64,000 nucleotides of DNA from positions 1,272-65,271 of the forward strand of contig CBFHWX010000003.1 of the NCBI GenBank assembly GCA_965659445.1, read 5' to 3'. The stretch is from Limisphaerales bacterium (lineage in GTDB: Bacteria > Verrucomicrobiota > Verrucomicrobiia > Limisphaerales > UBA1100). The notes below the pieces were generated by a model. It saw only the letters and a program-made list of their open reading frames with translations, did not search any database and had not been told where the DNA came from. The position numbers and the translations under genes are program-made. Positions 1-9,194 of the stretch are shown piece after piece. Within the stretch, counting starts at the first letter, position 1; every line of letters begins with the position of its first letter.

Positions 1-95
1 CCGTCTGGGGCAGATTAACGACCGTCTGGGACAATATTAAGAAACTGGAGGAAGAGGTTGATCTTCTTAAATCCAAAAATACTCCCAATTCGTAG
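1..95 (+). CDS. 3' end of an unidentified CDS (partial, continues upstream of window)
   Basis: Frame 3 is open from the window edge to TAG 93-95. The C-terminal peptide is ...NIKKLEEEVDLLKSKNTPNS. No domain is recognisable. Confidence 0.3.
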   Translation, partial: VWGRLTTVWDNIKKLEEEVDLLKSKNTPNS

Positions 96-151
96 ATCGT
101 TAAACAAATTCTGACTCGCAAAAAACCGGTGATTATGCTCCACTCCGGCTC

Positions 152-158
152 AAGGAGG
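152..158 (+). promoter_or_regulatory. Shine-Dalgarno sequence AAGGAGG for the CDS starting at 167
   Basis: AAGGAGG lies 8 nt upstream of ATG 167. Confidence 0.6.
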
Positions 159-166
159 TTTGCAGT

Positions 167-1387
167 ATGTTTCCCCCGGAACCGGAGAAACCATGGTGGT
201 ATCATTTGATGTGGGCGTTGCCGTGCATGATGGCAACCGGTCTACTGGGCTATTGGCTCAAAAAGCCAACCACCGTTGAAGTAGAAAAAATGGTTAAGGT
301 GCCGCAGATCGTCTATCGCACCAACATAGTAAAAATACCGATTACCAACCCTTTGCCCCAATCCGGTTCAGAGATCACCAATCTACCGGCAAACACCAAT
401 AACTATCTCGCCCAGCGTGGTGTGCCGGTGCGAACCAACCGCGCGGACGCCCTGCGCCTCGGGCTCACCGATCCCAATGAAGCCTCACGTGCGGCGCCCG
501 GGCATAATGTGGCGGCCATTGACTTTGTGGCGCGGCCTACTCAAACAGATTTCGAAGTGCAGGTGGCACTGGATCGACTAGGGTTTTCGCCCGGCTCCAT
601 TGATGGATTGAGCGGGCCACAGACGCGAGCCGCCCTCCAAGCGTATCAACATGGCAAGGGTCTACCCGTCACCGGAATTGTTGACCAGGCCACTCGGACC
701 AAACTGTTACTCGACACACCAGCACTGTTGGAACGTACTGTAATGTCCAATGACCTCGCACGCCTTCATCCACTGGGCCGATCCTGGACTGAAAAATCAA
801 AACAGACCGCGCTCGAGTTTGAGAGTGTTCTGGAAATGTATGCTGAAGAGCATCATTGCTCACCACGTTACCTGATGAGATTAAACCCGACGGTGGCATG
901 GAACGAGATCACTCCCGGAACCAAGGTGAAGTTACCAAATGCCTCCCGACCGCGGCCAACGGGGACAGCCGAGCTGATCCATATCCAGCTCGCTCAACGC
1001 ACCCTGGATGTTTACGACGGTGCCACCAACCTCGTCGCGCGGTTTCCCTGCTCCATTGCCACCCAGATGGATAGACGACCGGTGGGGAGATTGGAAATTA
1101 CCAACGTGGCCGAAGCGGCCGATTATACATTTGACCCAGCCAGGTTTCCAACCTCGCCCGAGGCGACTGCAGGGAGTGGCAAGCTATCCATCCCCCCCGG
1201 CCCAAACAACCCCGTGGGCACCACTTGGATGAGCCTCAGCAAGTCAGGCTACGGCATCCACGGCACACCGGACCCGGAAAAGATTGGTCGCACCACCTCG
1301 CTTGGCTGCTTCCGGCTGTCCAATTGGAATGCGCAGCATTTGGTGAAAATGGTACGCGTGGGCACGGTGGTTCTGGTTGATCGATGA
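167..1387 (+). CDS. L,D-transpeptidase (YkuD domain) with peptidoglycan-binding domain
   Basis: N-terminal TM helix. PG-binding repeat LDRLGFSPGSIDGLSGPQTRAALQAYQ. YkuD catalytic signature HGTPDPEKIGRTTSLGCFRL. Confidence 0.85.
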   Translation: MFPPEPEKPWWYHLMWALPCMMATGLLGYWLKKPTTVEVEKMVKVPQIVYRTNIVKIPITNPLPQSGSEITNLPANTNNYLAQRGVPVRTNRADALRLGLTDPNEASRAAPGHNVAAIDFVARPTQTDFEVQVALDRLGFSPGSIDGLSGPQTRAALQAYQHGKGLPVTGIVDQATRTKLLLDTPALLERTVMSNDLARLHPLGRSWTEKSKQTALEFESVLEMYAEEHHCSPRYLMRLNPTVAWNEITPGTKVKLPNASRPRPTGTAELIHIQLAQRTLDVYDGATNLVARFPCSIATQMDRRPVGRLEITNVAEAADYTFDPARFPTSPEATAGSGKLSIPPGPNNPVGTTWMSLSKSGYGIHGTPDPEKIGRTTSLGCFRLSNWNAQHLVKMVRVGTVVLVDR

Positions 1388-1393
1388 CCCTCG

Positions 1394-2737
1394 TCAACGC
1401 CTGAGCCAACCGCGCAAAGGGTTGTGGCGAATGAGATCCCGTAGGAGTTCATTGACCCGAACAGCTTTTTTCTCTTCCAGTCGCATTACCTGCAACAAGA
1501 CAACCCCAATCACCAGAAGGAGCGCGGTGAAATAAATGCTGTATTGATTCCAGTTTAATCCCATCCAAAAAATATCCACCGCGGCAAGCGTGTCGATAAG
1601 AATGCCCCAGAAAATTGGAAACACGCCAACCGCCAAGCTGCCCACCACCGAATAAAGCGCGAAGAAATGGCTCTTACCCATCACAGGCACGGTGGCCATG
1701 ACCAGCTTGGTAAGGCTCATGTAAAATGTAGCAAAAGCAAACCCCATTACGAGGTAGGCACCACACACCATCCAAAAGTGTACCGGAAATTTCCCTCCAC
1801 TCATCCCAATCCACACCACCACCACCACCATCCAAATACCCAGGGCCAAGAACATCAGCGGCCGACTACCAAGGCGATCTAGGCGCGAGTGCAGAAACCA
1901 AATCGTAATCAGGCCACCGGCAAATTTGACGGCGCTGGCATACAGCACGAGGTTATCAGCCATTGCATCCGGACCCTTCTTGAGGAATTTCACCATAAAT
2001 CCCAAAAGACCGCCTACGAGAATGGCCCAAGTAAAACTCACCCAAAGAAGTTTTCGGAACGGCTGATGGTTGAGGATCGCTCGCCAAGACACGGGCTGCT
2101 TGTTGGTGGCGTTTTCCTCTGTCACGGGAGAATCGGGCACGCGATGGACGAACCACAGGCTCACCAGCCCCATGATCAGACTGAAGACGAAGAGAAAGGC
2201 AAACTTGTTGGGCCCAGGATTTGCGCCGAGATACAGGGCGGCAATGAGCAGAGAAACCAAGCTGCCAATATTGTTGGCAGCAGTTTCCCATGTAAGATAA
2301 CGGCCACGAACATTTTCTGGGATCAATCCCGTGATCCAAGGGAACCAGCCTGTGCTGGCGATGCCTCGAATGAGGTTGAAACAGAAGAGCGCACCGATCA
2401 CCAACGCCAACTGACTCTGCTGATTAATTCGACCAGCCAGCAGCGGCACAGCGATCAGCGGTAACACAAAAAAAAGACGGATCGTCCAGCCAGTTGTGAT
2501 GAAACGCTTGTAGCCGACGCGACTCACATGATCCGCGGCGGGAATCTGAAAAACCACCATGAGAGGTGTAAGACCAGCAATAAGGCCCATCACGGTGGCA
2601 CTCGCCCCGAGGCTCTCAGCATAAAGAAATATGGGAGCGTCCATTACTATCATGCATGAGAGAAAGTTGAAAAAGAAAAAGACGAAGAGGTAATTGACCC
2701 CTTTGGGAAAACTTGAGCTATCAGTAGCCGTGCTCAA
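1394..2737 (-). CDS. MFS transporter
   Basis: 447 aa and hydrophobic throughout, with about 12 TM segments and a central loop, as is typical of the major facilitator superfamily. The TTG start overlaps the ccsA stop (TTGA at 2734-2737). Confidence 0.75.
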   Translation of the reverse strand: MSTATDSSSFPKGVNYLFVFFFFNFLSCMIVMDAPIFLYAESLGASATVMGLIAGLTPLMVVFQIPAADHVSRVGYKRFITTGWTIRLFFVLPLIAVPLLAGRINQQSQLALVIGALFCFNLIRGIASTGWFPWITGLIPENVRGRYLTWETAANNIGSLVSLLIAALYLGANPGPNKFAFLFVFSLIMGLVSLWFVHRVPDSPVTEENATNKQPVSWRAILNHQPFRKLLWVSFTWAILVGGLLGFMVKFLKKGPDAMADNLVLYASAVKFAGGLITIWFLHSRLDRLGSRPLMFLALGIWMVVVVVWIGMSGGKFPVHFWMVCGAYLVMGFAFATFYMSLTKLVMATVPVMGKSHFFALYSVVGSLAVGVFPIFWGILIDTLAAVDIFWMGLNWNQYSIYFTALLLVIGVVLLQVMRLEEKKAVRVNELLRDLIRHNPLRGWLRR

Positions 2738-5361
2738 GCAGTTTTCTTGGAAGTGGTCCCCGTCGCCCCGAATGGCAGGAATGACAGCAGCAAGCCAGCA
2801 CAGACCAGAGCGATGCCGAGTAAGCTAACGAGTAAGCTAAAACGACCAACCCACATCGATGTCACGTGCAATGCAACTCCAATACCCATCATGACTGATA
2901 CAATGCAGGCAATCGTGCCGTTATATTCCTTGGCAATATGTCGACCACTGAGCCAGTGATGTAGTGGTTGCACCGCCGCGAGTATGAATAGTATCTGGAG
3001 GATGGCAAACCACTGCAAAGTATTGAACGCTTGATCCATGAATCCGTAGCTGTGTAAGCCAATACCCAGCATATTTACACCAAACCACGACCACGCGGTA
3101 ACAATGTTTCCAAAAATCGCCAATGTCACGAGTCCACGATCCCGGACCAGTCCGCCCCAGCGGCAGTGGAGAATGATAGCATTCCACACGACGATCATCA
3201 GGGCACCGTTTTCTTTTGAATCCCACCCCCAGAAACGCCCCCAGGATTGGTCCGCCCAAATACCTCCGAGCACCGTACCCACAAAGCTAAAGAGTGTGGC
3301 GAAGCAGACAATGCCGTAAACCATGCGCGCGAGACTCTTGGCCGTTTCACTATCCAGCGATGGAGTAAACACACCTCGCAATACGTAAATCAAGGCGAGG
3401 AATCCCGCGAGGAAGGTGGCAGCATAGCCCAAGGTCACAACCACCACATGCGTTGCGAGCCAGAAATTAGTATCAAGCACCGCGCGCATCATTTCCATCG
3501 TGTCTCCCTCCTTGGAGAGATGACTGGCGATAATCAGTGTGGAAAATCCGATCAACGCCGCCACACTGCTGCCAATCCCATTACGATATATTCGCTCCAG
3601 TATCCAACCCAGTAAAACCGAGCCCCAGCCGACAAACACGGCGGAGGAATAAAGATTTGTTACCGGTGGCCGATCCTCAAGAAGCATCCGAAAGACCAGA
3701 CCTAAAGTATGCAAAAACAACGCAAGACCAATCAGGTAAAATGCTGTATTCACCAGCCCACGTGACATTTTCAGCCAAGAGAAACATGCCAAGAGCAGTG
3801 CAATCACATAGATGCGCTGCGCGCTGGCAAAGGGAGAGAAGGTGTTGAAGAAATGTTCATTGCGGCCTTTTTTGATTTCGCCGGCAAAACCCTGCTTGTT
3901 CATCCACTGGTCGAGATTGGCTACGGCTTGGTTGAAGGCCTCCGGATCCCCCGTGACTTTACCATCCGATAGTTGAGCATCAAAGACGCCGCTCATCGTC
4001 GCGTAAAGGCTTACCGGCTTGGGCACCTCTCCCTTGGCTCCTAACCCTTGAAGAGTTGCTTCAGAAGTCTTAATCCAACCTACAGCATATCCGGCACGTT
4101 CAGAAGGAGGAATCATCAACAGGCTTGAACGGCTTTGCATGGTTTGCAGCGGTCCCTCAACGAGTAAAAGATAACGCGCAATCTTGGCCTGCGCCTCCTC
4201 GTCTACAGCGAGGTAGTCGCTAATAACATGGTCGACCTGGGCAAAGCCCTGATTGCCTTGATTGCCCTGCTGCAATTCCCCTAAGCGGTCTTGAATCTTG
4301 GATACGAGTGCCTCTTCCTGACCCGGTTGCATATCCTCCTTGGTTACAGTATTGGACCGATCCAGCTCAAAGAACAACCTCCCCAAGGTATCGGCCTCGT
4401 TGGCTAAATCGCGGGTATAGGCTGCTCCCTCTTTTTCCCATTCTGCCAGTTCATCCTTCGTTTTCTTCCTCCACTCAAATGCAGTAAAGGTGTGAGGCCA
4501 AGGCTCACTTTCCTTCCATTCTTTTCTACGGGAGGCAAGATAATCGCGTAAATCCACTGCAGCTTTAGCCATATTTTTGAGATCGGCTGCATAGTTGGCA
4601 AAGCCACTGGAGCGACCCGTTCCACCACTCAAGGCAAGAAAGTTAGGCTGCAGGCTATAGCGGAGCTGGATGTATAATTCCAGTGCATGAGCCAGCTTGA
4701 ATGCGGCACGTTCGTAAGGAGTACGGGTGGAGGCGTCCTTTTCTCCGATCACCTGCTTCTTCCTGTGCAGCAGCATCACGTGCGGCTGCATTTGCTCAAA
4801 GGTGTAGAAGCGCAGGCCGGACTTATCGACGCCCATCTTTTCCAACTGCAGTTCACTCAAAAGCTCAGGGTGGTCGATGCGGAAAATGAAGCGTCGATCC
4901 GCCACATCTGGCTCCATCAAGACTTCCATCAACCACTGGGTTGGATGCAGCTTCTTTGGATGTTTTCCAAATTGATAGAATTTCCTGTGGAAAAGACCTT
5001 CGCCATTACCCTCCTGACTTAATTTATAAAGGTCACCCCACTCCTTGTCCGGCCCGTTACCCTCCAACGCTATTCGCTGCTGGCCAGCTATTTGAAGGAG
5101 TGAAGTACGCGCCACGGTGTCCATGGGCTTGATGCGACCACCCAAAAGCACCGGTAATTTACCGAAGGCATGATAATCATATCCCTCCTTCACTTTGGGT
5201 GGAAATACCACCGGCTTCATGGCAAAAAACAATGTGAAAACACCGAGAACTATCCAAGGAATAATACTGACCTTGGATTTTTGATCAGGTTTCACCTTAT
5301 TGTCCTCAGGGTTTTTCTTGTCCTGATCGCTCGGCACATTTTTTTTCTTGTCCTGACTCAT
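2734..5361 (-). CDS. ccsA: Cytochrome c biogenesis protein CcsA/ResC (system II) with a roughly 500-aa N-terminal extension
   Basis: WWD heme-handling motif WGRFWGWDSKENGALMIVVWN in the C-terminal polytopic domain. At 875 aa it is far longer than a typical CcsA. ATGA overlap with the resB stop at 5358-5361. Confidence 0.85.
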   Translation of the reverse strand: MSQDKKKNVPSDQDKKNPEDNKVKPDQKSKVSIIPWIVLGVFTLFFAMKPVVFPPKVKEGYDYHAFGKLPVLLGGRIKPMDTVARTSLLQIAGQQRIALEGNGPDKEWGDLYKLSQEGNGEGLFHRKFYQFGKHPKKLHPTQWLMEVLMEPDVADRRFIFRIDHPELLSELQLEKMGVDKSGLRFYTFEQMQPHVMLLHRKKQVIGEKDASTRTPYERAAFKLAHALELYIQLRYSLQPNFLALSGGTGRSSGFANYAADLKNMAKAAVDLRDYLASRRKEWKESEPWPHTFTAFEWRKKTKDELAEWEKEGAAYTRDLANEADTLGRLFFELDRSNTVTKEDMQPGQEEALVSKIQDRLGELQQGNQGNQGFAQVDHVISDYLAVDEEAQAKIARYLLLVEGPLQTMQSRSSLLMIPPSERAGYAVGWIKTSEATLQGLGAKGEVPKPVSLYATMSGVFDAQLSDGKVTGDPEAFNQAVANLDQWMNKQGFAGEIKKGRNEHFFNTFSPFASAQRIYVIALLLACFSWLKMSRGLVNTAFYLIGLALFLHTLGLVFRMLLEDRPPVTNLYSSAVFVGWGSVLLGWILERIYRNGIGSSVAALIGFSTLIIASHLSKEGDTMEMMRAVLDTNFWLATHVVVVTLGYAATFLAGFLALIYVLRGVFTPSLDSETAKSLARMVYGIVCFATLFSFVGTVLGGIWADQSWGRFWGWDSKENGALMIVVWNAIILHCRWGGLVRDRGLVTLAIFGNIVTAWSWFGVNMLGIGLHSYGFMDQAFNTLQWFAILQILFILAAVQPLHHWLSGRHIAKEYNGTIACIVSVMMGIGVALHVTSMWVGRFSLLVSLLGIALVCAGLLLSFLPFGATGTTSKKTA

Positions 5362-7118
5362 ACGGCAGCTTTCCTCCTTTTACGCGCAAACCCAACCAGA
5401 TGATAGAGGAATTGGTATATCAATCCTGCGGCAACAATGAGGCACCCGATGTAGGCAGTAAGCCAACTCGGATTTTTCACCACCTGTAAAACGGTCTGAG
5501 CAGTGGCACCCAACTGGTTCTGGTTCATCTGATACTGATAAAAAGTCTGTCCGCCTTTGCGCAATGGATTATTCATATAAATATCGACCGTACGCGATTC
5601 CTTCTCGTCCTCGACAATCACACGACTCTGAAAATTCTTTGGAATTTCTGTGCCCTGGTATTTCTCCCACTTCAGATCCACAAGCGAGAGGTTGAAATCC
5701 AAGTAATTCCGCTGTGGTCGCAAAATGACTTTCCATATTTTTCCATCAACCTTTAATGACTGCTGAAAATCACTGGAACAAGTAACAAGCCATTTTCCCA
5801 GCTCTTCTTTGCCTTTGCTAACCTTGATGAGAGCAGCCGGCAAATTGCGATCATCCTGACTCAAGGCGAGTGGGAGTGGCCTTACAAAGCGGTAAAAATT
5901 ACCGAGCCTTCCCTGAGAGGAATCGGTGTAATACTGCTTGGCCTTGACCTTGATGCGCTCTGAAAAACCGCGTGTGTTCTTGATCATATTCTCGCCGGCA
6001 CCACCGGGGTATTCCTTGATCTTCTCCAAAAAATCATCCGCATGATGATTGAATTCATCCAGTGAGCCTTCAGTAAGCCGATTTTTCACCGCCACCTTGA
6101 AAAGATTGCTCATAGTGCGCTGATCATCATAACCACGAATCTTAATTATCAGATTCCTCACCCCGGGATCATTAAAGATGACTTTTGAATCACTTTCCTG
6201 AAACCCGTAAACACCCATCTCCATCTCACCTGCTCGACCAAGCAAATCTGCAAGCTGACGCAACTCAATTTCCTTAGCTCGTTGCTCGATAAAAATAGCT
6301 TTCAAACTCGTTAATTCCTTGCGCCGGTCAGCATTGGGTTTTCCGCGAAGGTATTCCTCCATTTTGGAGACACGCGCATTTATATCCTCGTAAACTTGAT
6401 CCACTACCTTGTTACGGAACCCCAACTGTTCTTGACTATCCAAATCAATCAATTGCTCAGCGGTCAATGGCTTGGCATTCACCCAGTACCGTGTTGTCTC
6501 AATCTTTAGTCCATTAAGTTCAGGATGTTGTATTGAAACCTTGTCATTCAACATTTGCTCCGGAATTGAAACTACACGGTTAGAACCACCATCAACCGGC
6601 AGCATGAGGACCAGTTCATTGTCATCAAAGGAAACCGAATAGTTGCGGCGATCGCCTCGTTCCATGCTGACAAAGCTCTCAACTTGTAGAATATCCGTAA
6701 ACAACTGGCCCAACAACAGTGTGATAATGCCAATGTGCGTAAGAAAGATTCCCGCTTTCTTTGCCGAGAGCTCAAAGCGCGCATAATGGGCCATAATTAG
6801 ATTAATCAGCAATATCGTGCCCACCAGATAACCACCGGGAAATAATGGTAAACCGGGATCACCTAAAATTTGTTCCGGCGTTACCGGGGCCCATTGGAAA
6901 CCGAAAAGTTGAACCGTCTTTTTTATACCTGCTTCCATTGCTACCTGATCGACAAACCAACTTTTGAAATAGCGTTCCACGGCGATGTTCAAGCCCATCG
7001 GTTCCTGCGCCATGGTACCCAGAAAAATGATAACCAGTGAAAAAGCCAAGAGCACAACTGTTAGCCGTAGCGAAGTGAAGAATTTAAATATTGGATTTTT
7101 TTTCATCGCTAACGCCAT
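5358..7118 (-). CDS. resB: Cytochrome c biogenesis protein ResB/CcsB (system II)
   Basis: ResB-type N-terminus FKFFTSLRLTVVLLAFSLVIIFLGTMAQ, a large periplasmic loop and a C-terminal TM. It lies directly upstream of ccsA. An alternative ATG is at 7106. Confidence 0.85.
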   Translation of the reverse strand: MALAMKKNPIFKFFTSLRLTVVLLAFSLVIIFLGTMAQEPMGLNIAVERYFKSWFVDQVAMEAGIKKTVQLFGFQWAPVTPEQILGDPGLPLFPGGYLVGTILLINLIMAHYARFELSAKKAGIFLTHIGIITLLLGQLFTDILQVESFVSMERGDRRNYSVSFDDNELVLMLPVDGGSNRVVSIPEQMLNDKVSIQHPELNGLKIETTRYWVNAKPLTAEQLIDLDSQEQLGFRNKVVDQVYEDINARVSKMEEYLRGKPNADRRKELTSLKAIFIEQRAKEIELRQLADLLGRAGEMEMGVYGFQESDSKVIFNDPGVRNLIIKIRGYDDQRTMSNLFKVAVKNRLTEGSLDEFNHHADDFLEKIKEYPGGAGENMIKNTRGFSERIKVKAKQYYTDSSQGRLGNFYRFVRPLPLALSQDDRNLPAALIKVSKGKEELGKWLVTCSSDFQQSLKVDGKIWKVILRPQRNYLDFNLSLVDLKWEKYQGTEIPKNFQSRVIVEDEKESRTVDIYMNNPLRKGGQTFYQYQMNQNQLGATAQTVLQVVKNPSWLTAYIGCLIVAAGLIYQFLYHLVGFARKRRKAAV

Positions 7119-7627
7119 CGTGGCAGATATTCAAGAAAGCCATTTTTGGCTTCTTCCACCACGGAAGTGTTCCCCATCAGTTTATAAAACCATGTAAGCC
7201 CATTGTCAGTCACAATTACCCCAACTAATCGGGTCTCATTCTGCGAGCGTTGCGAAATGCCCATAATGTCAATCATACGAGCCTCCTCGCCCAATCCCTC
7301 CACCGGTTTAAGTGCATCGGCCAACTTTTTCTCCTCCAGTTTTTCCAAGCCCAGCTGCCCGCGCCAGCGATTGACGTTTCCCAATAAGCCGCCTCCATCC
7401 CCCTGCAACACCGTCATCGTGACACTGGCAGTGCCGTTGGTATCGGTGATAGTAAAACGGGCCTTTTCTGGGCCGACCGGCGAAGCAAAACCCCAACTAT
7501 CCGGCGGGGTGGGCGCGGCGGGAATGGTGTAAACTAAGATCTCCTTCTCCTCCGCACAACCGTAGAGGAAAACTCCGGCAATGATGCAGACCATCGTGTT
7601 ACGGAAATGGTGAGCCCGATTTTTCAT
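7109..7627 (-). CDS. Hypothetical lipoprotein
   Basis: Signal peptide with lipobox (IIAGVFLYGC). No recognisable domain. Confidence 0.5.
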   Translation of the reverse strand: MKNRAHHFRNTMVCIIAGVFLYGCAEEKEILVYTIPAAPTPPDSWGFASPVGPEKARFTITDTNGTASVTMTVLQGDGGGLLGNVNRWRGQLGLEKLEEKKLADALKPVEGLGEEARMIDIMGISQRSQNETRLVGVIVTDNGLTWFYKLMGNTSVVEEAKNGFLEYLPRWR

Positions 7628-7630
7628 TTA

Positions 7631-7655
7631 AAATAAAATCCGTCAGCGTCTGACG
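7631..7655 (-). terminator. Possible intrinsic terminator downstream of rho
   Basis: On the minus strand, CGTCAG-ACG-CTGACG hairpin followed by GATTTTATTTTAA. The stem is short (6 bp). Confidence 0.4.
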
Positions 7656-7678
7656 CGTGGGCAATATTACGGATTCAG

Positions 7679-9085
7679 TTACTTGAGGTCGAGTGCCATC
7701 AAAAACGCGATATTATTGGGAGTCTTCCTGAGCTTTGAAAGCAGCAGTTCCATCGCCTCCACAGCCGGTACATCAGTGAGAGCGCGCCGCAGCATGGTGA
7801 CCTTGTCATACTCGTCCGGATGATACAGCAGCTCTTCCTTACGGGTGCCAGAGAGAGCGACGTTAATGGAGGGGAAAATGCGGCGGTCGACCAACCCGCG
7901 GTCCAAGTGCACCTCCATGTTGCCAGTTCCCTTGAATTCCTCAAAGATAACCTCGTCCATGCGGCTGCCGGTATCCACGAGCGCAGTGGCCATGATGGTG
8001 AGCGAACCACCCTCCTCAATATTCCGTGCGGCACCGAAGAACCGCTTGGGCTTGTGCAGCGCGTTGGCATCCACACCGCCGGAAAGAATCTTACCAGAGT
8101 GTGGTTGCACGGTGTTATAGGCGCGTGCGAGGCGGGTGATGGAGTCGAGCAGGATGATCACATCCTTTTTGTGCTCCACCATACGACGGGCTTTTTCTAT
8201 GACCATCTCGGCAACCTGCACATGCCGCTCAGGTGGCTCGTCAAAAGTGGAGCTGATCACTTCCGCCCCGATACAGGTGCGCTCCATGTCTGTCACTTCC
8301 TCAGGGCGCTCGTCGATGAGTAGGATAATCAAGTAGGTGTCCGGATCATTTTTCAGCACGGCATTGGCTAGTTTTTGCATGAGCACAGTCTTGCCGGTGC
8401 GTGGCGGTGCCACTATCACACCGCGACTCCCCTTGCCGATGGGGCACACTATATCCAATACACGCGTGGAGTATTCCTCTGGGTCATTTTCTAAAATAAA
8501 CCGTTCCTCTGGGAACAGTGGCGTCAGGTTGTCAAAGTGTGTTTTGTCCTTGGCTTTCTCAGGATCTTCGTCACCTACCAAATCCACTTTCAACAGCGCG
8601 AAAAATTTCTCCTTCTCTTTCGGTGGTCGAATGCGGCCCTCAATTTGATCGCCAGTCTGCAAATCAAACCGCCGAATTTGTGAAGGCGACACGTACACAT
8701 CCTCCGGGCAGGGCAGATAGTTATAATAAGGTGAGCGTAGGAATCCGAAACCTTCAGGCAAAATTTCAAGCACCCCTTCTGCGATGAGCACTCCCTTATC
8801 ATCGGCGTGTTTACGTAGGATTTGGAAAATGACCTCGTGCTTGCGCATGGTGCCAAAATTTTCCACCTCCATCTCTTTGGCCAAGGTGTTCAGCTCGGCA
8901 ATATCCTTTTTTTGCAGATCACCAATGTTAATCTGCTCGCCATCGGCCTCCTCAAGTGCTGCAAGGTCTTCCCCATGCTCCTCTACATCAGCCGGCAGTC
9001 CGGATGGAATATTACTACCACGCTTACGGCCACCGCCACGCTTGTACGGACGACGCTTGGGATTCTTATTTGCAGGTCTGGGCAT
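7679..9085 (-). CDS. rho: Transcription termination factor Rho
   Basis: Walker [18 protein letters not shown], an RNA-binding domain and a conserved C-terminus. It has a basic Arg/Gly/Lys-rich N-terminal extension of roughly 45-50 aa. Confidence 0.95.
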   Translation of the reverse strand: MPRPANKNPKRRPYKRGGGRKRGSNIPSGLPADVEEHGEDLAALEEADGEQINIGDLQKKDIAELNTLAKEMEVENFGTMRKHEVIFQILRKHADDKGVLIAEGVLEILPEGFGFLRSPYYNYLPCPEDVYVSPSQIRRFDLQTGDQIEGRIRPPKEKEKFFALLKVDLVGDEDPEKAKDKTHFDNLTPLFPEERFILENDPEEYSTRVLDIVCPIGKGSRGVIVAPPRTGKTVLMQKLANAVLKNDPDTYLIILLIDERPEEVTDMERTCIGAEVISSTFDEPPERHVQVAEMVIEKARRMVEHKKDVIILLDSITRLARAYNTVQPHSGKILSGGVDANALHKPKRFFGAARNIEEGGSLTIMATALVDTGSRMDEVIFEEFKGTGNMEVHLDRGLVDRRIFPSINVALSGTRKEELLYHPDEYDKVTMLRRALTDVPAVEAMELLLSKLRKTPNNIAFLMALDLK

Positions 9086-9194
9086 GGTGTATGGGTTTGT
9101 TAAATCAATGTACCCCTCGTCAGAAAACTGGTGTGCAGTTTCGTTTCAGTGGGATTATTCGGGGGAAATTAAACCCCGCGCTCCGTCCGTCGGA

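Noticed and set aside
1812-1831. CAC/CCA codon run here, and a (CAT)n run at 18575-18590
   Set aside because: These are short in-frame codon repeats inside coding sequence, encoding a Val run in the MFS protein and an Asp run in the acidic lipoprotein. They are not CRISPR or satellite repeats.
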